Sequence record: LC727695.1
Reading direction: 5' to 3' (one strand)
Length of the DNA stretch: 64,000 bases
Part shown: positions 53,334 through 63,438 of the stretch, piece by piece
Layout of the letters: the number at the start of each line of letters is the position of its first letter
Numbering within the stretch: position 1 is the stretch's first letter
Program-made: the position numbers and the translations under genes
Notes under the pieces: generated by a model
The model's input: the letters and a program-made list of their open reading frames with translations, nothing else
Told to the model about the DNA's origin: nothing
Database searches by the model: none

Positions 53334-53987
53334 TTAACTTTTATCCAGATGTCTATTACGAGTGCGTTCCACTGCTGTAGGTTCGACAGTGGCTCGCGGT
53401 AGATAAGTAATCTCCGGGAAAGTCTTATTAAGAGCATCTTCAATTAGCTCTTTAGCAATCTCTGCATCGATGTAATGGTTTAGAATAATACCACGATGAT
53501 ACAGGAAGAAGCTGTATTCATCATAACCATGGCGAAGACTTACTTTACCACGATACCCACCATAGGTTAGAGTATCTTCGTTAATTTCATTCCGATAAAT
53601 ATCAAGTTGGATATTATTTTGAAGATGCATTTGAATGAAGTCATTACTATCACCGCCGAATAGGGTTGGTCGTTTCCGACCAGTAACAACATCTTGGATG
53701 GAATCCATTAGTCGGTTAATGTCTGTTTCTAATCGTTGGATATCACATTGAGAATTCATTGCTTCATGGAAACGAGTTACAACTGCATTGAATTCTTCTT
53801 CAGTCCAACCACTGGTACGTTTTTCATAATCAACAATGATAATACCGAACCAGGCATAACCGTTAGAATGTTTTACTTTAACACATAGATGAGGTACATT
53901 ATCAGCACCTGACTGATGGTTAACAGTGTAATTATTATTACGGCTGATTACTAGTTTGATAAAAGGTAGACTAATGATTGACGCCAT
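53334..53987 (-). CDS. hypothetical protein
   Basis: 217 aa, AAAGGA RBS. Confidence 0.75.
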   Translation of the reverse strand: MASIISLPFIKLVISRNNNYTVNHQSGADNVPHLCVKVKHSNGYAWFGIIIVDYEKRTSGWTEEEFNAVVTRFHEAMNSQCDIQRLETDINRLMDSIQDVVTGRKRPTLFGGDSNDFIQMHLQNNIQLDIYRNEINEDTLTYGGYRGKVSLRHGYDEYSFFLYHRGIILNHYIDAEIAKELIEDALNKTFPEITYLPRATVEPTAVERTRNRHLDKS

Positions 53988-54135
53988 GGAAATATTCCTT
54001 TTGTATTTTTTAAATTAAAGTAGGAGTTATTATTGAGTTTCAACTCAATACATCAATAACTCCAGTATGTTTTCAAAATTAAATACATGTATTTACAGTT
54101 ACATTGTAACCAGTTAGTTTTGCCAACAATACAAA

Positions 54136-54324
54136 TTAGCGAACCTGTTCGATTTTTTCAGAAACAATGAAAATATGTGCAATACGATCCTCATCAACAT
54201 ACCGATATCGAAATGAGGTATAACTAGATGACACATCCGTATCGTTTAAATAGGTGATATTAAAATCATCTACTTCCCTACCATTAGCAGCCGCAACGGT
54301 ATTTAGAATGTTGAGTAGACTCAT
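54136..54324 (-). CDS. small hypothetical protein
   Basis: 62 aa, AAAGGA RBS. Confidence 0.65.
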   Translation of the reverse strand: MSLLNILNTVAAANGREVDDFNITYLNDTDVSSSYTSFRYRYVDEDRIAHIFIVSEKIEQVR

Positions 54325-54347
54325 TTTACAGATTCCTTTTTAGTATA

Positions 54348-55874
54348 TTAATATTTCAATAGACTATTGATAAAAGCATTAGGGTCATAACGGTTATTTG
54401 AAAAAGCCGCCATTACATCACACCCTGGCTGATCTTTAAATCTGATATCTTCAGGAATATCGAAGTCAGGGAACATTAGTTTAATATACTCCCTAACTTC
54501 TTGATCTCGTAGATATGGAATCTCCACCATGTAATCAACGCGACCTTTCCTTAGAAGTGCTTTATCAATATTCTCAGGATGGTTTGTAGTTAGAATGGTC
54601 ATAGTCTCATCTAGTGGAACAATGCCATCTAGCCCATTTAATAGAGCTGACAAAGTTAATCCGCTAGCTGGTTGTTCATACGTGATTCCATTCTTCATGC
54701 ACTTCTTTAATTTCCACCATCGGCGAATTGTGGTAAATAATGGATCTTTTTCATCGGCCCATTTTGAAACACCCAGTTCAGCCATAGCATAAGCACTTAT
54801 CCCAAAACCTTGATCATCGCTATTTTCATCAAAGATATAGATGGTGTCATTAAACCCAACTACAGAGTATCCTTCATAGTCATCTTTAAGATCAACCCAT
54901 GCAGACGGATATTTTTCAATTAAATCAATAAAAGAATATTTCCTCTCTAATTCCTTTATCTCTTTATCTAGTTTTACAGGATCATTTAAAACGCGATCTT
55001 TAACTGCCGGGGTATCATCGAAGTCCTCAATTAAAAGAATATTACCTTTAGGTAGTGTAGTAAATGCCCGCCTAAGACTATCATTAGTCATAGAGGCTAG
55101 TGATAGCGCACTAACATTTTTATTAAAATGTGAGGCAATTGCTTTACTGATCGAGGTTTTACCAGTACCAGGAGGACCTGTTAAAACACAAGTGAATTTA
55201 TAGGGTAGTCCACGATCATCGTACCATTTCCGATCAGAATAGAATTCTTCAATCTTATTAAGGAATTCTTCTTTGATCTCTTTACGCAAAATCACCGTGT
55301 TGATATCGCGTTTAGTAACTTCAATCTCATTGCCCCAACGGTTACCATCCCAATGTGAAATAGTCAGACCCCTTTCATTTGGGCGCCAATGGTAAGCATC
55401 TACTAAATCAATAATTAGTTTACTACTCCTAGATAATCCACGGATAGTAATATCCATCTGATCTCTACTGGCATTCTGATTATCTCTTCGTGCTTTTACA
55501 AACCAAAACAGTCGTCCTTTAAACATAAAAAAGTGTAAGCCAAAGCCAACACCAATTTTCTGTTTAGTTGCACTATAACTTTGTTCATCAACATTAGTTG
55601 AAAAACGTCGATTAAATCCAGCTAATGGCTGCTTAATATACCATTCCATGAAACAATCAAAGTTCTTCTCGTTCAGCCCATTACCCATGTTGGTAATATG
55701 TAGACTAACTGTAAACTGATTTAATGCGAACCTAGCTAGTTTACTTGGTAAGCCTCTTAGAGTGGTCCAGAATAAACCACCAATTGCCATTCCGATAGCT
55801 CCACCCATAACCATATTCTTCTGAGAGATATCGATGAACATGGCGTAATATTGCAATAAGGTTTCTATAATCAT
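54348..55874 (-). CDS. BCS1-like membrane-anchored AAA+ ATPase
   Basis: N-terminal TM; GPPGTGKTS; LLIEDFD; GLTLSALLNGLDG; TTNHPENIDKALLRKGRVD. Confidence 0.9.
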   Translation of the reverse strand: MIIETLLQYYAMFIDISQKNMVMGGAIGMAIGGLFWTTLRGLPSKLARFALNQFTVSLHITNMGNGLNEKNFDCFMEWYIKQPLAGFNRRFSTNVDEQSYSATKQKIGVGFGLHFFMFKGRLFWFVKARRDNQNASRDQMDITIRGLSRSSKLIIDLVDAYHWRPNERGLTISHWDGNRWGNEIEVTKRDINTVILRKEIKEEFLNKIEEFYSDRKWYDDRGLPYKFTCVLTGPPGTGKTSISKAIASHFNKNVSALSLASMTNDSLRRAFTTLPKGNILLIEDFDDTPAVKDRVLNDPVKLDKEIKELERKYSFIDLIEKYPSAWVDLKDDYEGYSVVGFNDTIYIFDENSDDQGFGISAYAMAELGVSKWADEKDPLFTTIRRWWKLKKCMKNGITYEQPASGLTLSALLNGLDGIVPLDETMTILTTNHPENIDKALLRKGRVDYMVEIPYLRDQEVREYIKLMFPDFDIPEDIRFKDQPGCDVMAAFSNNRYDPNAFINSLLKY

Positions 55875-56656
55875 ACTAGCATCCCTCTGGATAGCTTAGG
55901 AAAATATTGTCCACAGATCATGTATTCACGTTCTAGAAAATCTAGAGTATGACTTTCAAATATTTCACCTACATCTTTACCATAGATTTCCGTATACCCA
56001 TTTTTGAATACGGCCATTACATAAACATCAGACATAGTCATGCCGTAGTTATAAATTTGATTGTCTCTGTATTTTGGATGAAATAGGTCATATAAAAAAC
56101 GAGTCATTGAACTATTGGCAACAGTTGTCACCCCTTTCTGCTTTAAGGCATAACGTACTTGTTTAACCACATAGTTAACTTTAGAGCGCTCGCCAAATAC
56201 CGTCAGTTTATCTACATTGCAATTACGATATCCCATAACTTCAGGATTAGCTATCACGGTGTGTTTTGGAACACGTACATCAAAGATAATGCCATTAGGG
56301 GATAGAATAATCTTTTCATGGTTAAATAGAACATGAAATAAATGTCGTTCTGGTTTAGTGATTTTGATACTTAACCCAATCACCCCACTAATCTTTCTTT
56401 CTAGATCTTCTAGTGACTGCATCACCATGTGATATTGATTAAAGAAAGCATTATTCTTATATTTATCTAACTCAAAGTATTTCCAACTTCCACGAAAATG
56501 AATAGCATGACTTTTGGTATAACCTTTAGTTAATTTACTTTTGAGTTTTTCAAACCAATTTTCAAGATAACCTTCGACTGTAAAACCAAGTGGGTTATTA
56601 TTAATCAGTTTATTGGAATATGATAAGCTAAATCTGTACATAGTTCGACGATGCAT
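55871..56656 (-). CDS. hypothetical protein
   Basis: 261 aa, ATGA overlap with the ATPase gene. Confidence 0.75.
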   Translation of the reverse strand: MHRRTMYRFSLSYSNKLINNNPLGFTVEGYLENWFEKLKSKLTKGYTKSHAIHFRGSWKYFELDKYKNNAFFNQYHMVMQSLEDLERKISGVIGLSIKITKPERHLFHVLFNHEKIILSPNGIIFDVRVPKHTVIANPEVMGYRNCNVDKLTVFGERSKVNYVVKQVRYALKQKGVTTVANSSMTRFLYDLFHPKYRDNQIYNYGMTMSDVYVMAVFKNGYTEIYGKDVGEIFESHTLDFLEREYMICGQYFPKLSRGMLV

Positions 56657-56685
56657 TTTATATTCCTGCCAAATAAAGAAAAAAT

Positions 56686-56707
56686 AAAGGGCTCCGAAGA
56701 GCCCTTT
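56686..56707 (-). terminator. intrinsic terminator
   Basis: AAAGGGCTC-CGAA-GAGCCCTTT. Confidence 0.85.
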
Positions 56708-56712
56708 ATATA

Positions 56713-57585
56713 TTAGATTTTTACAGACCAGTGTTGCTCGAATTCCTGATATAGGAAATTGTCGGATGCATTATCCCAATTTTCTCGATCGGTTACACCA
56801 TAATAATGGAATTCTAGTTCAGTAGGTCCACCAACAAAACCATTCTTAGCATAGCTATAAACTTTGCCATTGGTTAGCTTAATAAGTACATCCACATAGA
56901 AACTATTACGGTTCCATATTTCATTGTGGATGTACTTAAATACCACACTGTGGATGTACTTAAATTGCGCACTTGGTTTTCCGAGTACACTATAATAGAA
57001 TTTACGGATACCTATTTCGGTCTTGAAATTAAACTCACCGTTGCGAATGTTGTTAGAAACAATACGTGTTAGTTTATTAACCCGATTTTCTTCACCGAGT
57101 AGATAGATCCCGGAAACACTACATCCATCTCCTATTGATCCATTATTAACTAGTGGATCAACACCATATTCATCAGTGAAAATGGTTTTGATAACCTCTT
57201 TACCTTCTCGACGCACCAACATATTCAGATGACCATCTTCGATATATGACATATGGCTAGGCTGAATATATTCACTTGTATCGACGATAACATCATTCGC
57301 CATTATATTAAACAGTAGATGGTTTACCAGATCACTAATACCTTTAAAACGAATGGCTTGGTTCGCTGTATTTAGATCGACATACACCACGACATCAACA
57401 ATGCCTTGTTTTAGTGATTTGTCATCTTTGTCAGTAGTTGTATCAATTTTTACGTAATTTTGATATAGTTCACTAAAACAAGATATGATGTCATCATGTA
57501 GTTTAATTACATCGTATCCATTTCGTTCAAGCGCTTTGTGCGATACGTTAAAACCGATACGAATTTTATTAGAACGACGTGCCAT
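56713..57585 (-). CDS. hypothetical protein
   Basis: 290 aa, AGGTG RBS. Confidence 0.75.
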   Translation of the reverse strand: MARRSNKIRIGFNVSHKALERNGYDVIKLHDDIISCFSELYQNYVKIDTTTDKDDKSLKQGIVDVVVYVDLNTANQAIRFKGISDLVNHLLFNIMANDVIVDTSEYIQPSHMSYIEDGHLNMLVRREGKEVIKTIFTDEYGVDPLVNNGSIGDGCSVSGIYLLGEENRVNKLTRIVSNNIRNGEFNFKTEIGIRKFYYSVLGKPSAQFKYIHSVVFKYIHNEIWNRNSFYVDVLIKLTNGKVYSYAKNGFVGGPTELEFHYYGVTDRENWDNASDNFLYQEFEQHWSVKI

Positions 57586-57626
57586 GGTTATATCACCTAT
57601 GTTAAATTAATGAATTATTTATTCAA

Positions 57627-57989
57627 TTACCGTACTACATCTGTGATTAGAATAAGTTCATCATCACTATTGATAACACTATAGCTTTTTACAATTTCGA
57701 TGCGCTTACTAATAATCTTATTCTCTAGATCTACTTTTACGATATTAACACGAATTACCTTATTCGATTGATCATGCATTTCTTTAAAAATGCATTCGAT
57801 ATTTTTACCAATGACAGCTTTTAATTTTTCAATGCTGTCAATGGATGAATATTTAAAACTATATGCTTCTGCCAGGGTTTTTGCATTACCCACAACCGTA
57901 GTTAGGGTACCCCAATAATCATAAACATACAATGCAGTATCACTATTGGGATTATCGATAATTTCAATTATAAAATCCACTTGTATCAC
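57627..57989 (-). CDS. hypothetical protein
   Basis: GTG start after AGGA; TATATTAC promoter at 58017-58024. Confidence 0.7.
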   Translation of the reverse strand: MIQVDFIIEIIDNPNSDTALYVYDYWGTLTTVVGNAKTLAEAYSFKYSSIDSIEKLKAVIGKNIECIFKEMHDQSNKVIRVNIVKVDLENKIISKRIEIVKSYSVINSDDELILITDVVR

Positions 57990-58044
57990 TCCTATTAGTT
58001 TATTGATAGTACACTTGTAATATAGATCTTAAATAAATTATGAT

Positions 58045-58509
58045 CTAACCATTTAAAATAGATAAAGCCTCTATATGCCAATGGTGTATTAGTTCTTCTT
58101 TACTAATAATATTATTGAAGTAGTTTAACCGATGTGATACCATTAATTTAGAATGCATATCGACTTCACTACTTACCTTAATCACCCCAGTCTCTAATAA
58201 TTGCAGAGAGCCAACATACGCAAATAAAGTTGGTTTTAAATACCAGTGTTCCCTATATTGTTTTTGATCAGGTACATTTCCTACAATGTAGTCAGTAGAA
58301 TTACTTCGGTATGCGTAAATAGTTGATTTAGAACCAAGTAAATTAAGATCGATATCATAACTCCCGCTTTTAGCTGCAATACATTCAATAACTGATGGAG
58401 CCACACATATACGGTTGGTTACACTGTCTTCGCCATCAGCTCTATTACTTGGAATATATGGCCTTAATAAAACATAATCCCCAAGGTATATTGTCGATAT
58501 GTGATACAT
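58045..58509 (-). CDS. putative ADP-ribosyltransferase-fold protein
   Basis: YHIS...LRPYIP...GED...RICVAPS...VPD...EHWYL pattern. Confidence 0.45.
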   Translation of the reverse strand: MYHISTIYLGDYVLLRPYIPSNRADGEDSVTNRICVAPSVIECIAAKSGSYDIDLNLLGSKSTIYAYRSNSTDYIVGNVPDQKQYREHWYLKPTLFAYVGSLQLLETGVIKVSSEVDMHSKLMVSHRLNYFNNIISKEELIHHWHIEALSILNG

Positions 58510-58524
58510 AATTAACCTATTTAA

Positions 58525-59040
58525 TTAAAACAGATAACGCTCTGTTACTGAACGGTATTGTGACATGATGTTTAATGGATCAACATCCACTGGTGCTTTA
58601 GTGACAGTTAAGCGAGCACCTTTTAAAAATTCACCAATATCTAGTTTCTTTACAGTAACATCATGGATAGTGTTTTTCGTAATCCACTCAGTATCAATGC
58701 TATTGTGAGGATTATTATTCTTAATCCATTTGTCAGAGTCCCTAAATGGAATGGTATAAACATACACAACCATTTTTAAAATATCGCTTTTATCGATATT
58801 ATTTTGACAATAGATCGTAATATCCCTATCAACAGTAGCATATCTATCACTATCAAATAACTTTTCGATAGCGCTACCAATACCTAAATAAGATGCATCT
58901 TTTTCAGATGACGTTGCATATAGGTATTGGTTAGACTCAATACCATCCCACATAACAAGTTCACCAGATCTTTTAAATCCTGGCATTAATTCGTCTTGTT
59001 TATACAGAGAACCATGGTAAAGTAATTCTGGTTTATTCAT
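58525..59040 (-). CDS. putative ADP-ribosyltransferase-fold (Arr-like) protein
   Basis: LYHGS...LMPG...LYATS...A.Y.G...VYVY...EW. Confidence 0.55.
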   Translation of the reverse strand: MNKPELLYHGSLYKQDELMPGFKRSGELVMWDGIESNQYLYATSSEKDASYLGIGSAIEKLFDSDRYATVDRDITIYCQNNIDKSDILKMVVYVYTIPFRDSDKWIKNNNPHNSIDTEWITKNTIHDVTVKKLDIGEFLKGARLTVTKAPVDVDPLNIMSQYRSVTERYLF

Positions 59041-59140
59041 AATAAATTCCTTTTAGTGAATCTATATTGTGGACACTATAAATAATATCCACAATATAAA
59101 ATCCACTGTGCTTTATAAGGGTTATGGTTATCAATTAACT

Positions 59141-59497
59141 TCAAGGTAGTAGTGTGGCAGTATTGAAGTGATTGGTTACTGCTTCGATCAGCATTTGCTC
59201 GATGTTGATTTTGTAGTATTCTGGTTCTTCGTTCAATTCCCAAATAATAGTCGCACGTAATAGTGCAGGTGCTATGAATCTAACTACCTTACCATGTGTG
59301 TCAAACTCTACATTGAACATTGCATATTGTTCAGTAGTATGATTTTTATAGAAAATGAAATTACCAGCGTAACTGCGAACCTCTATTTCACCATGAATAC
59401 TGGAGTAGGTTTCCTGGTGGAATACTTTACCTTTAAGGCGTGTATTCTCTTCAATGATATTTACCAATTCTTTCAATTTGTCTTTATCTAGTTGCAT
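59141..59497 (-). CDS. hypothetical protein
   Basis: 118 aa. Confidence 0.7.
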   Translation of the reverse strand: MQLDKDKLKELVNIIEENTRLKGKVFHQETYSSIHGEIEVRSYAGNFIFYKNHTTEQYAMFNVEFDTHGKVVRFIAPALLRATIIWELNEEPEYYKINIEQMLIEAVTNHFNTATLLP

Positions 59498-59537
59498 TTG
59501 TAGGTTCCTATTAATAAATGTATACGATGGATATCTT

Positions 59538-59903
59538 TTACGATTTCCGGTGCTTATCCATATCTAGTTTTACATCAGCATATATCTTGAATCTATCAGA
59601 TAGACTATCCATATCTACACGCAATGCCCGAATATGCATATGAGTATCTTTTGGTTTACCTTCAGACTCCCATACGGCCTTTACGATATCAAATACCACA
59701 TTGTTCAAATAGTATTCGACTTCATGTTCATCAAGCAAAAGAGTGTCATGGAAACCAATACGTGATAAAATGGCGTAATCACGCTGATTAACATCTCTCC
59801 AACCTTTACGTACTAAGTAACTTTTACAGATTCCATCTTTTTTACAACTTTTACTAATAATTTCTATAATGAACTTATCATGCCATTTATAATCCATAAT
59901 CAT
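59538..59903 (-). CDS. hypothetical protein
   Basis: 121 aa, AAGGAG RBS. Confidence 0.7.
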   Translation of the reverse strand: MIMDYKWHDKFIIEIISKSCKKDGICKSYLVRKGWRDVNQRDYAILSRIGFHDTLLLDEHEVEYYLNNVVFDIVKAVWESEGKPKDTHMHIRALRVDMDSLSDRFKIYADVKLDMDKHRKS

Positions 59904-59910
59904 TACTCCT

Positions 59911-60423
59911 TCATTTAATCAGCTTCATTACTAGAGGAACAGATAGACTTATGCCATTGGCCATTTTAGCTAGGCTATGATAGACATCGTCTGCTTCTTG
60001 ATTATTGGTACAAGGTATAGAAATGGCATCACCATAGTAAGGACTGTAGTTAATACGGTCGCCATACACACCACTCACAAAACTATAATCTAATCCATCC
60101 GTAGTAGTCATAATAACTACAACATGATCATCCCCAACTATACCGGATTCTAAATCCTCACATAGTTCCAGTTTTTGTTGCACACCTCGTTGACAGATCC
60201 ATACCTCACGGTATTGATGATGGGGATATGGATTACATGCTACATCATTTTCACTAACGAAGTACATAGTCCCCCAGTTGTAAGACTGGAATTGGGTTGT
60301 TTGTTTGTGGGCTTCCCATACCTCCTCCATACAAAAGGTATGTTTGTTAACCCATAGACCATCGTTATTAAGACTATCAACGATCCCATCACGGACACGT
60401 ACTACACGGAGTGTTTTAGTCAT
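59911..60423 (-). CDS. hypothetical protein
   Basis: 170 aa, overlaps the upstream gene. Confidence 0.7.
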   Translation of the reverse strand: MTKTLRVVRVRDGIVDSLNNDGLWVNKHTFCMEEVWEAHKQTTQFQSYNWGTMYFVSENDVACNPYPHHQYREVWICQRGVQQKLELCEDLESGIVGDDHVVVIMTTTDGLDYSFVSGVYGDRINYSPYYGDAISIPCTNNQEADDVYHSLAKMANGISLSVPLVMKLIK

Positions 60424-60856
60424 CTACGTAACCCTCATCAGATACATAAGTGCGTTCAGGGCTGAACACATATTTGATGTTATTAATTACAGCTGTGATA
60501 TAAACCTGATATTCTTTTGAAATAGATTCCATCAGTTCAATAGATACGGAATTTGAACTCTGAATAAGTTTATTTACTTTCTTTAGTTCATCAAATTCTA
60601 ACCGACCGTAGATTACACCAACATCTCTGAAACTGATAACTGGATAGTGTTTCCAAATATAACAATTCAGTTTACCAAGATGAATTACTTGAATTGTTTC
60701 ATCGCACCATTGTTTCTTTTTCTTATTGTAGTATTCAACACGACGTTCGATGAAGACGCGAGTACCAGAAACAGAGGTGTACGCATTCAGTTCATAACCA
60801 TACTTATGGTCAACGTTATTTGGATCTTGGCGCCATTTTGGAATGAATGCTTTCAT
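60416..60856 (-). CDS. hypothetical protein
   Basis: 146 aa, AAAGGA RBS. Confidence 0.7.
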   Translation of the reverse strand: MKAFIPKWRQDPNNVDHKYGYELNAYTSVSGTRVFIERRVEYYNKKKKQWCDETIQVIHLGKLNCYIWKHYPVISFRDVGVIYGRLEFDELKKVNKLIQSSNSVSIELMESISKEYQVYITAVINNIKYVFSPERTYVSDEGYVDD

Positions 60857-60883
60857 TTGTATTTTCCTTTTTACGAAATAGAA

Positions 60884-60901
60884 GCCCTCCCGAAGGAGGG
60901 C
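60884..60901 (-). terminator. intrinsic terminator
   Basis: GCCCTCC-CGAA-GGAGGGC. Confidence 0.85.
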
Positions 60902-60914
60902 AATTATACCATTA

Positions 60915-61214
60915 TTAAATTACGAGTCTATATACTTCTTTTAATTTTTCACCAGGGGTAGCTAGATAATCTACATTATATTTAATAGCAATTACACCCA
61001 CAAGTTCTTTTCTCAGTAGCTGTTCTACCTGATCGCATAATTTATCAATAGCTCCATCTTCTACATCCTCGTATAATGGATATTGACTATAAATATTATC
61101 AGGTGTAAGTACAGACAGTTTCAATTCCCCATCTTTACCAATGACTGGGTGATATGTCTGTTTAAGACCTTTACAATGATAGTGATAGGTAATGCGCTGT
61201 TGTTTAGTGGTCAT
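60915..61214 (-). CDS. hypothetical protein
   Basis: 99 aa. Confidence 0.7.
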   Translation of the reverse strand: MTTKQQRITYHYHCKGLKQTYHPVIGKDGELKLSVLTPDNIYSQYPLYEDVEDGAIDKLCDQVEQLLRKELVGVIAIKYNVDYLATPGEKLKEVYRLVI

Positions 61215-61225
61215 GTAAAGATACC

Positions 61226-61747
61226 TTAAATAAACCGTTGGGTAGTTCCGTCTTTAAAGACAGTTAGTTGATTAACATCTTTCAATGAATTATCTGCAAT
61301 ATTCTTAGCCAATAACAATAGATCATCGTGATATGTTTTAATGAGAACTTTAAGCCTCTCCCTTTGTTTATATCGGAAACCTTTATTAATCACAGTAACT
61401 CCATCTGGATTATTTTTATAATTCAGTACAGTGATTGGTGTATTCGGTACAAAGACGGCTAGTTCGTCATCGAATACAATGTAAACCATCACTTTATAAT
61501 TATTAACCGATTCTTGGAATTGTTGTGTGATTACATTATAGTCTTTTGTGCGATGGCTAAGAAACAGCTCACTATTAGCTCGGCAGAAACTATGTCGCGC
61601 TTCTTTATCAGCACTCATAACAGCAATACCACGGATAATGAATTTATTATCTAAGGTATATTTTCTTTGAGACATCGCATAGTCGACTACATCAACATCG
61701 CCACCAAATAGCACGGCATTTTCACCATATCCACAAATAAGAGCCAT
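61226..61747 (-). CDS. hypothetical protein
   Basis: 173 aa. Confidence 0.7.
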   Translation of the reverse strand: MALICGYGENAVLFGGDVDVVDYAMSQRKYTLDNKFIIRGIAVMSADKEARHSFCRANSELFLSHRTKDYNVITQQFQESVNNYKVMVYIVFDDELAVFVPNTPITVLNYKNNPDGVTVINKGFRYKQRERLKVLIKTYHDDLLLLAKNIADNSLKDVNQLTVFKDGTTQRFI

Positions 61748-61761
61748 TTATAATTACCTAT

Positions 61762-62121
61762 TTAAAAATTATATTCAATAAATTGAAGAGTGAATAGTTC
61801 ACTACATTCCCATGTACGACTTGCTAATTTATATTTACCTTTAACAGGTAAGTCAAAATAACGTAATGCTTTTTCTACTGAACCAGCCTCATGATTAACC
61901 AATAGAACATCCCTAGCCTTCAGAATATTTGAACAATTTACAAGTTCATAATCATCTCGCTTAGGTGTCAACATAGCTACATTAGTGCCTGGTTTTCTAG
62001 CATACCAGAGCACCTCATGGCCCTCTGGATTAATAATAGAGATATATAGCTGACGTTCAGCGGGCAACCACAAGTTACGTGGATCATACTTTCCATTAAC
62101 ATCAAAGAATTTAAATATCAT
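61762..62121 (-). CDS. hypothetical protein
   Basis: 119 aa, ATGA overlap. Confidence 0.7.
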   Translation of the reverse strand: MIFKFFDVNGKYDPRNLWLPAERQLYISIINPEGHEVLWYARKPGTNVAMLTPKRDDYELVNCSNILKARDVLLVNHEAGSVEKALRYFDLPVKGKYKLASRTWECSELFTLQFIEYNF

Positions 62122-62357
62122 AGAGTTGGAACCGGTTTTGATGGATCAGCAATTAGTGCAGATTCGTCTACATAAACCATTGCAAAGTTTTCACCTTCTT
62201 TACGAATACCAGTAGAAGGTGTTTTCGATGGATCATAAACGATAATTTGGCACTGCTGTCCAGCTGTTAAATAAGTTGGGCCAGTTAATGCATTGGGTTT
62301 TGGATGAGGAATATCAATTTTAGTAATACAATATTGACCAGTACGAAACTCACGCAT
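62118..62357 (-). CDS. hypothetical protein
   Basis: 79 aa, GAGG RBS. Confidence 0.65.
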   Translation of the reverse strand: MREFRTGQYCITKIDIPHPKPNALTGPTYLTAGQQCQIIVYDPSKTPSTGIRKEGENFAMVYVDESALIADPSKPVPTL

Positions 62358-62369
62358 TATATTAACCTC

Positions 62370-63056
62370 TTAATGAATAACTGTTGCAGAAGGACGACAT
62401 TTCATAGTTTTAAAAATGTCAGTAGGATAGATATTACCAGCTTGTCCGAAAGGTTTATCGGCTAGAAGAAACTGCGGACAAACTGTTTGTAGATAACCAC
62501 TATCAGTGGGTAGGAATCCTTCAATATCACTGATGAGAATTTGCCAGATGGGCAATTGGTTATAATAGTCATCCATATTGTAGTATGCGTGGAGTTTACC
62601 ACCAAAACCATATACAAATTGACGAGTATCAATTAGGCGAATACCAAATTTAGGTTGGCGTCCCATCCGTTGATCTTCTTCAAATGCACTCAGTAAATCT
62701 GCAATCTCTACGCCACCCGTGATCTGTTTCACTTCTTTTAATTTTTCAAAAATGGCGTAAAAGGTATTTACTGCCGATTCCTTAGTAATGCAGGCAGTGA
62801 TCACCAGTTCAGGAAAGAGTGGATCTTCTTTATTACATCCACACGTGTAATAAACAACATTGGAACCAATATCACCTTCTCGTTCAACCACGGCAAAAGG
62901 TTTTTTGGATAGTTTCATTTGCTTTTCAATTAACTGTCTGCTATTCTCACGAATAGATTCATATTCGTGACTGGCCTTAAAAATAGGTGCTTTGTAATCT
63001 ATCTCTTTTGGTTCTACTAGATCACTTGCCGATTTGATAACTAATGGATTACTCAT
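62370..63056 (-). CDS. hypothetical protein
   Basis: 228 aa, AAAGGA RBS. Confidence 0.75.
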   Translation of the reverse strand: MSNPLVIKSASDLVEPKEIDYKAPIFKASHEYESIRENSRQLIEKQMKLSKKPFAVVEREGDIGSNVVYYTCGCNKEDPLFPELVITACITKESAVNTFYAIFEKLKEVKQITGGVEIADLLSAFEEDQRMGRQPKFGIRLIDTRQFVYGFGGKLHAYYNMDDYYNQLPIWQILISDIEGFLPTDSGYLQTVCPQFLLADKPFGQAGNIYPTDIFKTMKCRPSATVIH

Positions 63057-63102
63057 TGTATATTTCCTTTTCTTATATAAGAAAAGGGAGGTATTACCCT
63101 CC

Positions 63103-63438
63103 CTAATTAAGCATTAAATATTTAGGTTCAGTAGTGGCTCGGATCTTAGCAATAAGTGCTTTTTGATCACTAACCTTACTAATGGGATATTCTAATAAAC
63201 GTAAATCCATGTCCCGATGTACTAAACCTAACATTGCCTTATTTTGATGACTATTATTACGTAATGCAGCGATATGTTTATCAACTTCATTACTAACAGT
63301 CTTTGAAAGCCCTACCAAATACTTCCCAGTTGCAATGTGTTCAATAACATAAACACCTGCTCCAACTATTTCGCTTCTTTTCCCACGACCGTGCGAAGTA
63401 CTTGACCAACTATAACACTTATCATCAACTATAAACAT
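63103..63438 (-). CDS. degenerate GIY-YIG nuclease-like protein
   Basis: GVYVIEHIATGKYLVGLS...H...LRNNSHQN; the catalytic Arg appears absent. Confidence 0.6.
   Translation of the reverse strand: MFIVDDKCYSWSSTSHGRGKRSEIVGAGVYVIEHIATGKYLVGLSKTVSNEVDKHIAALRNNSHQNKAMLGLVHRDMDLRLLEYPISKVSDQKALIAKIRATTEPKYLMLN

Noticed and set aside
59063-59098. 11-bp inverted repeat TATATTGTGGA/TCCACAATATA
   Set aside because: Real, but isolated and AT-rich; nothing further supports a function beyond a possible terminator or operator.
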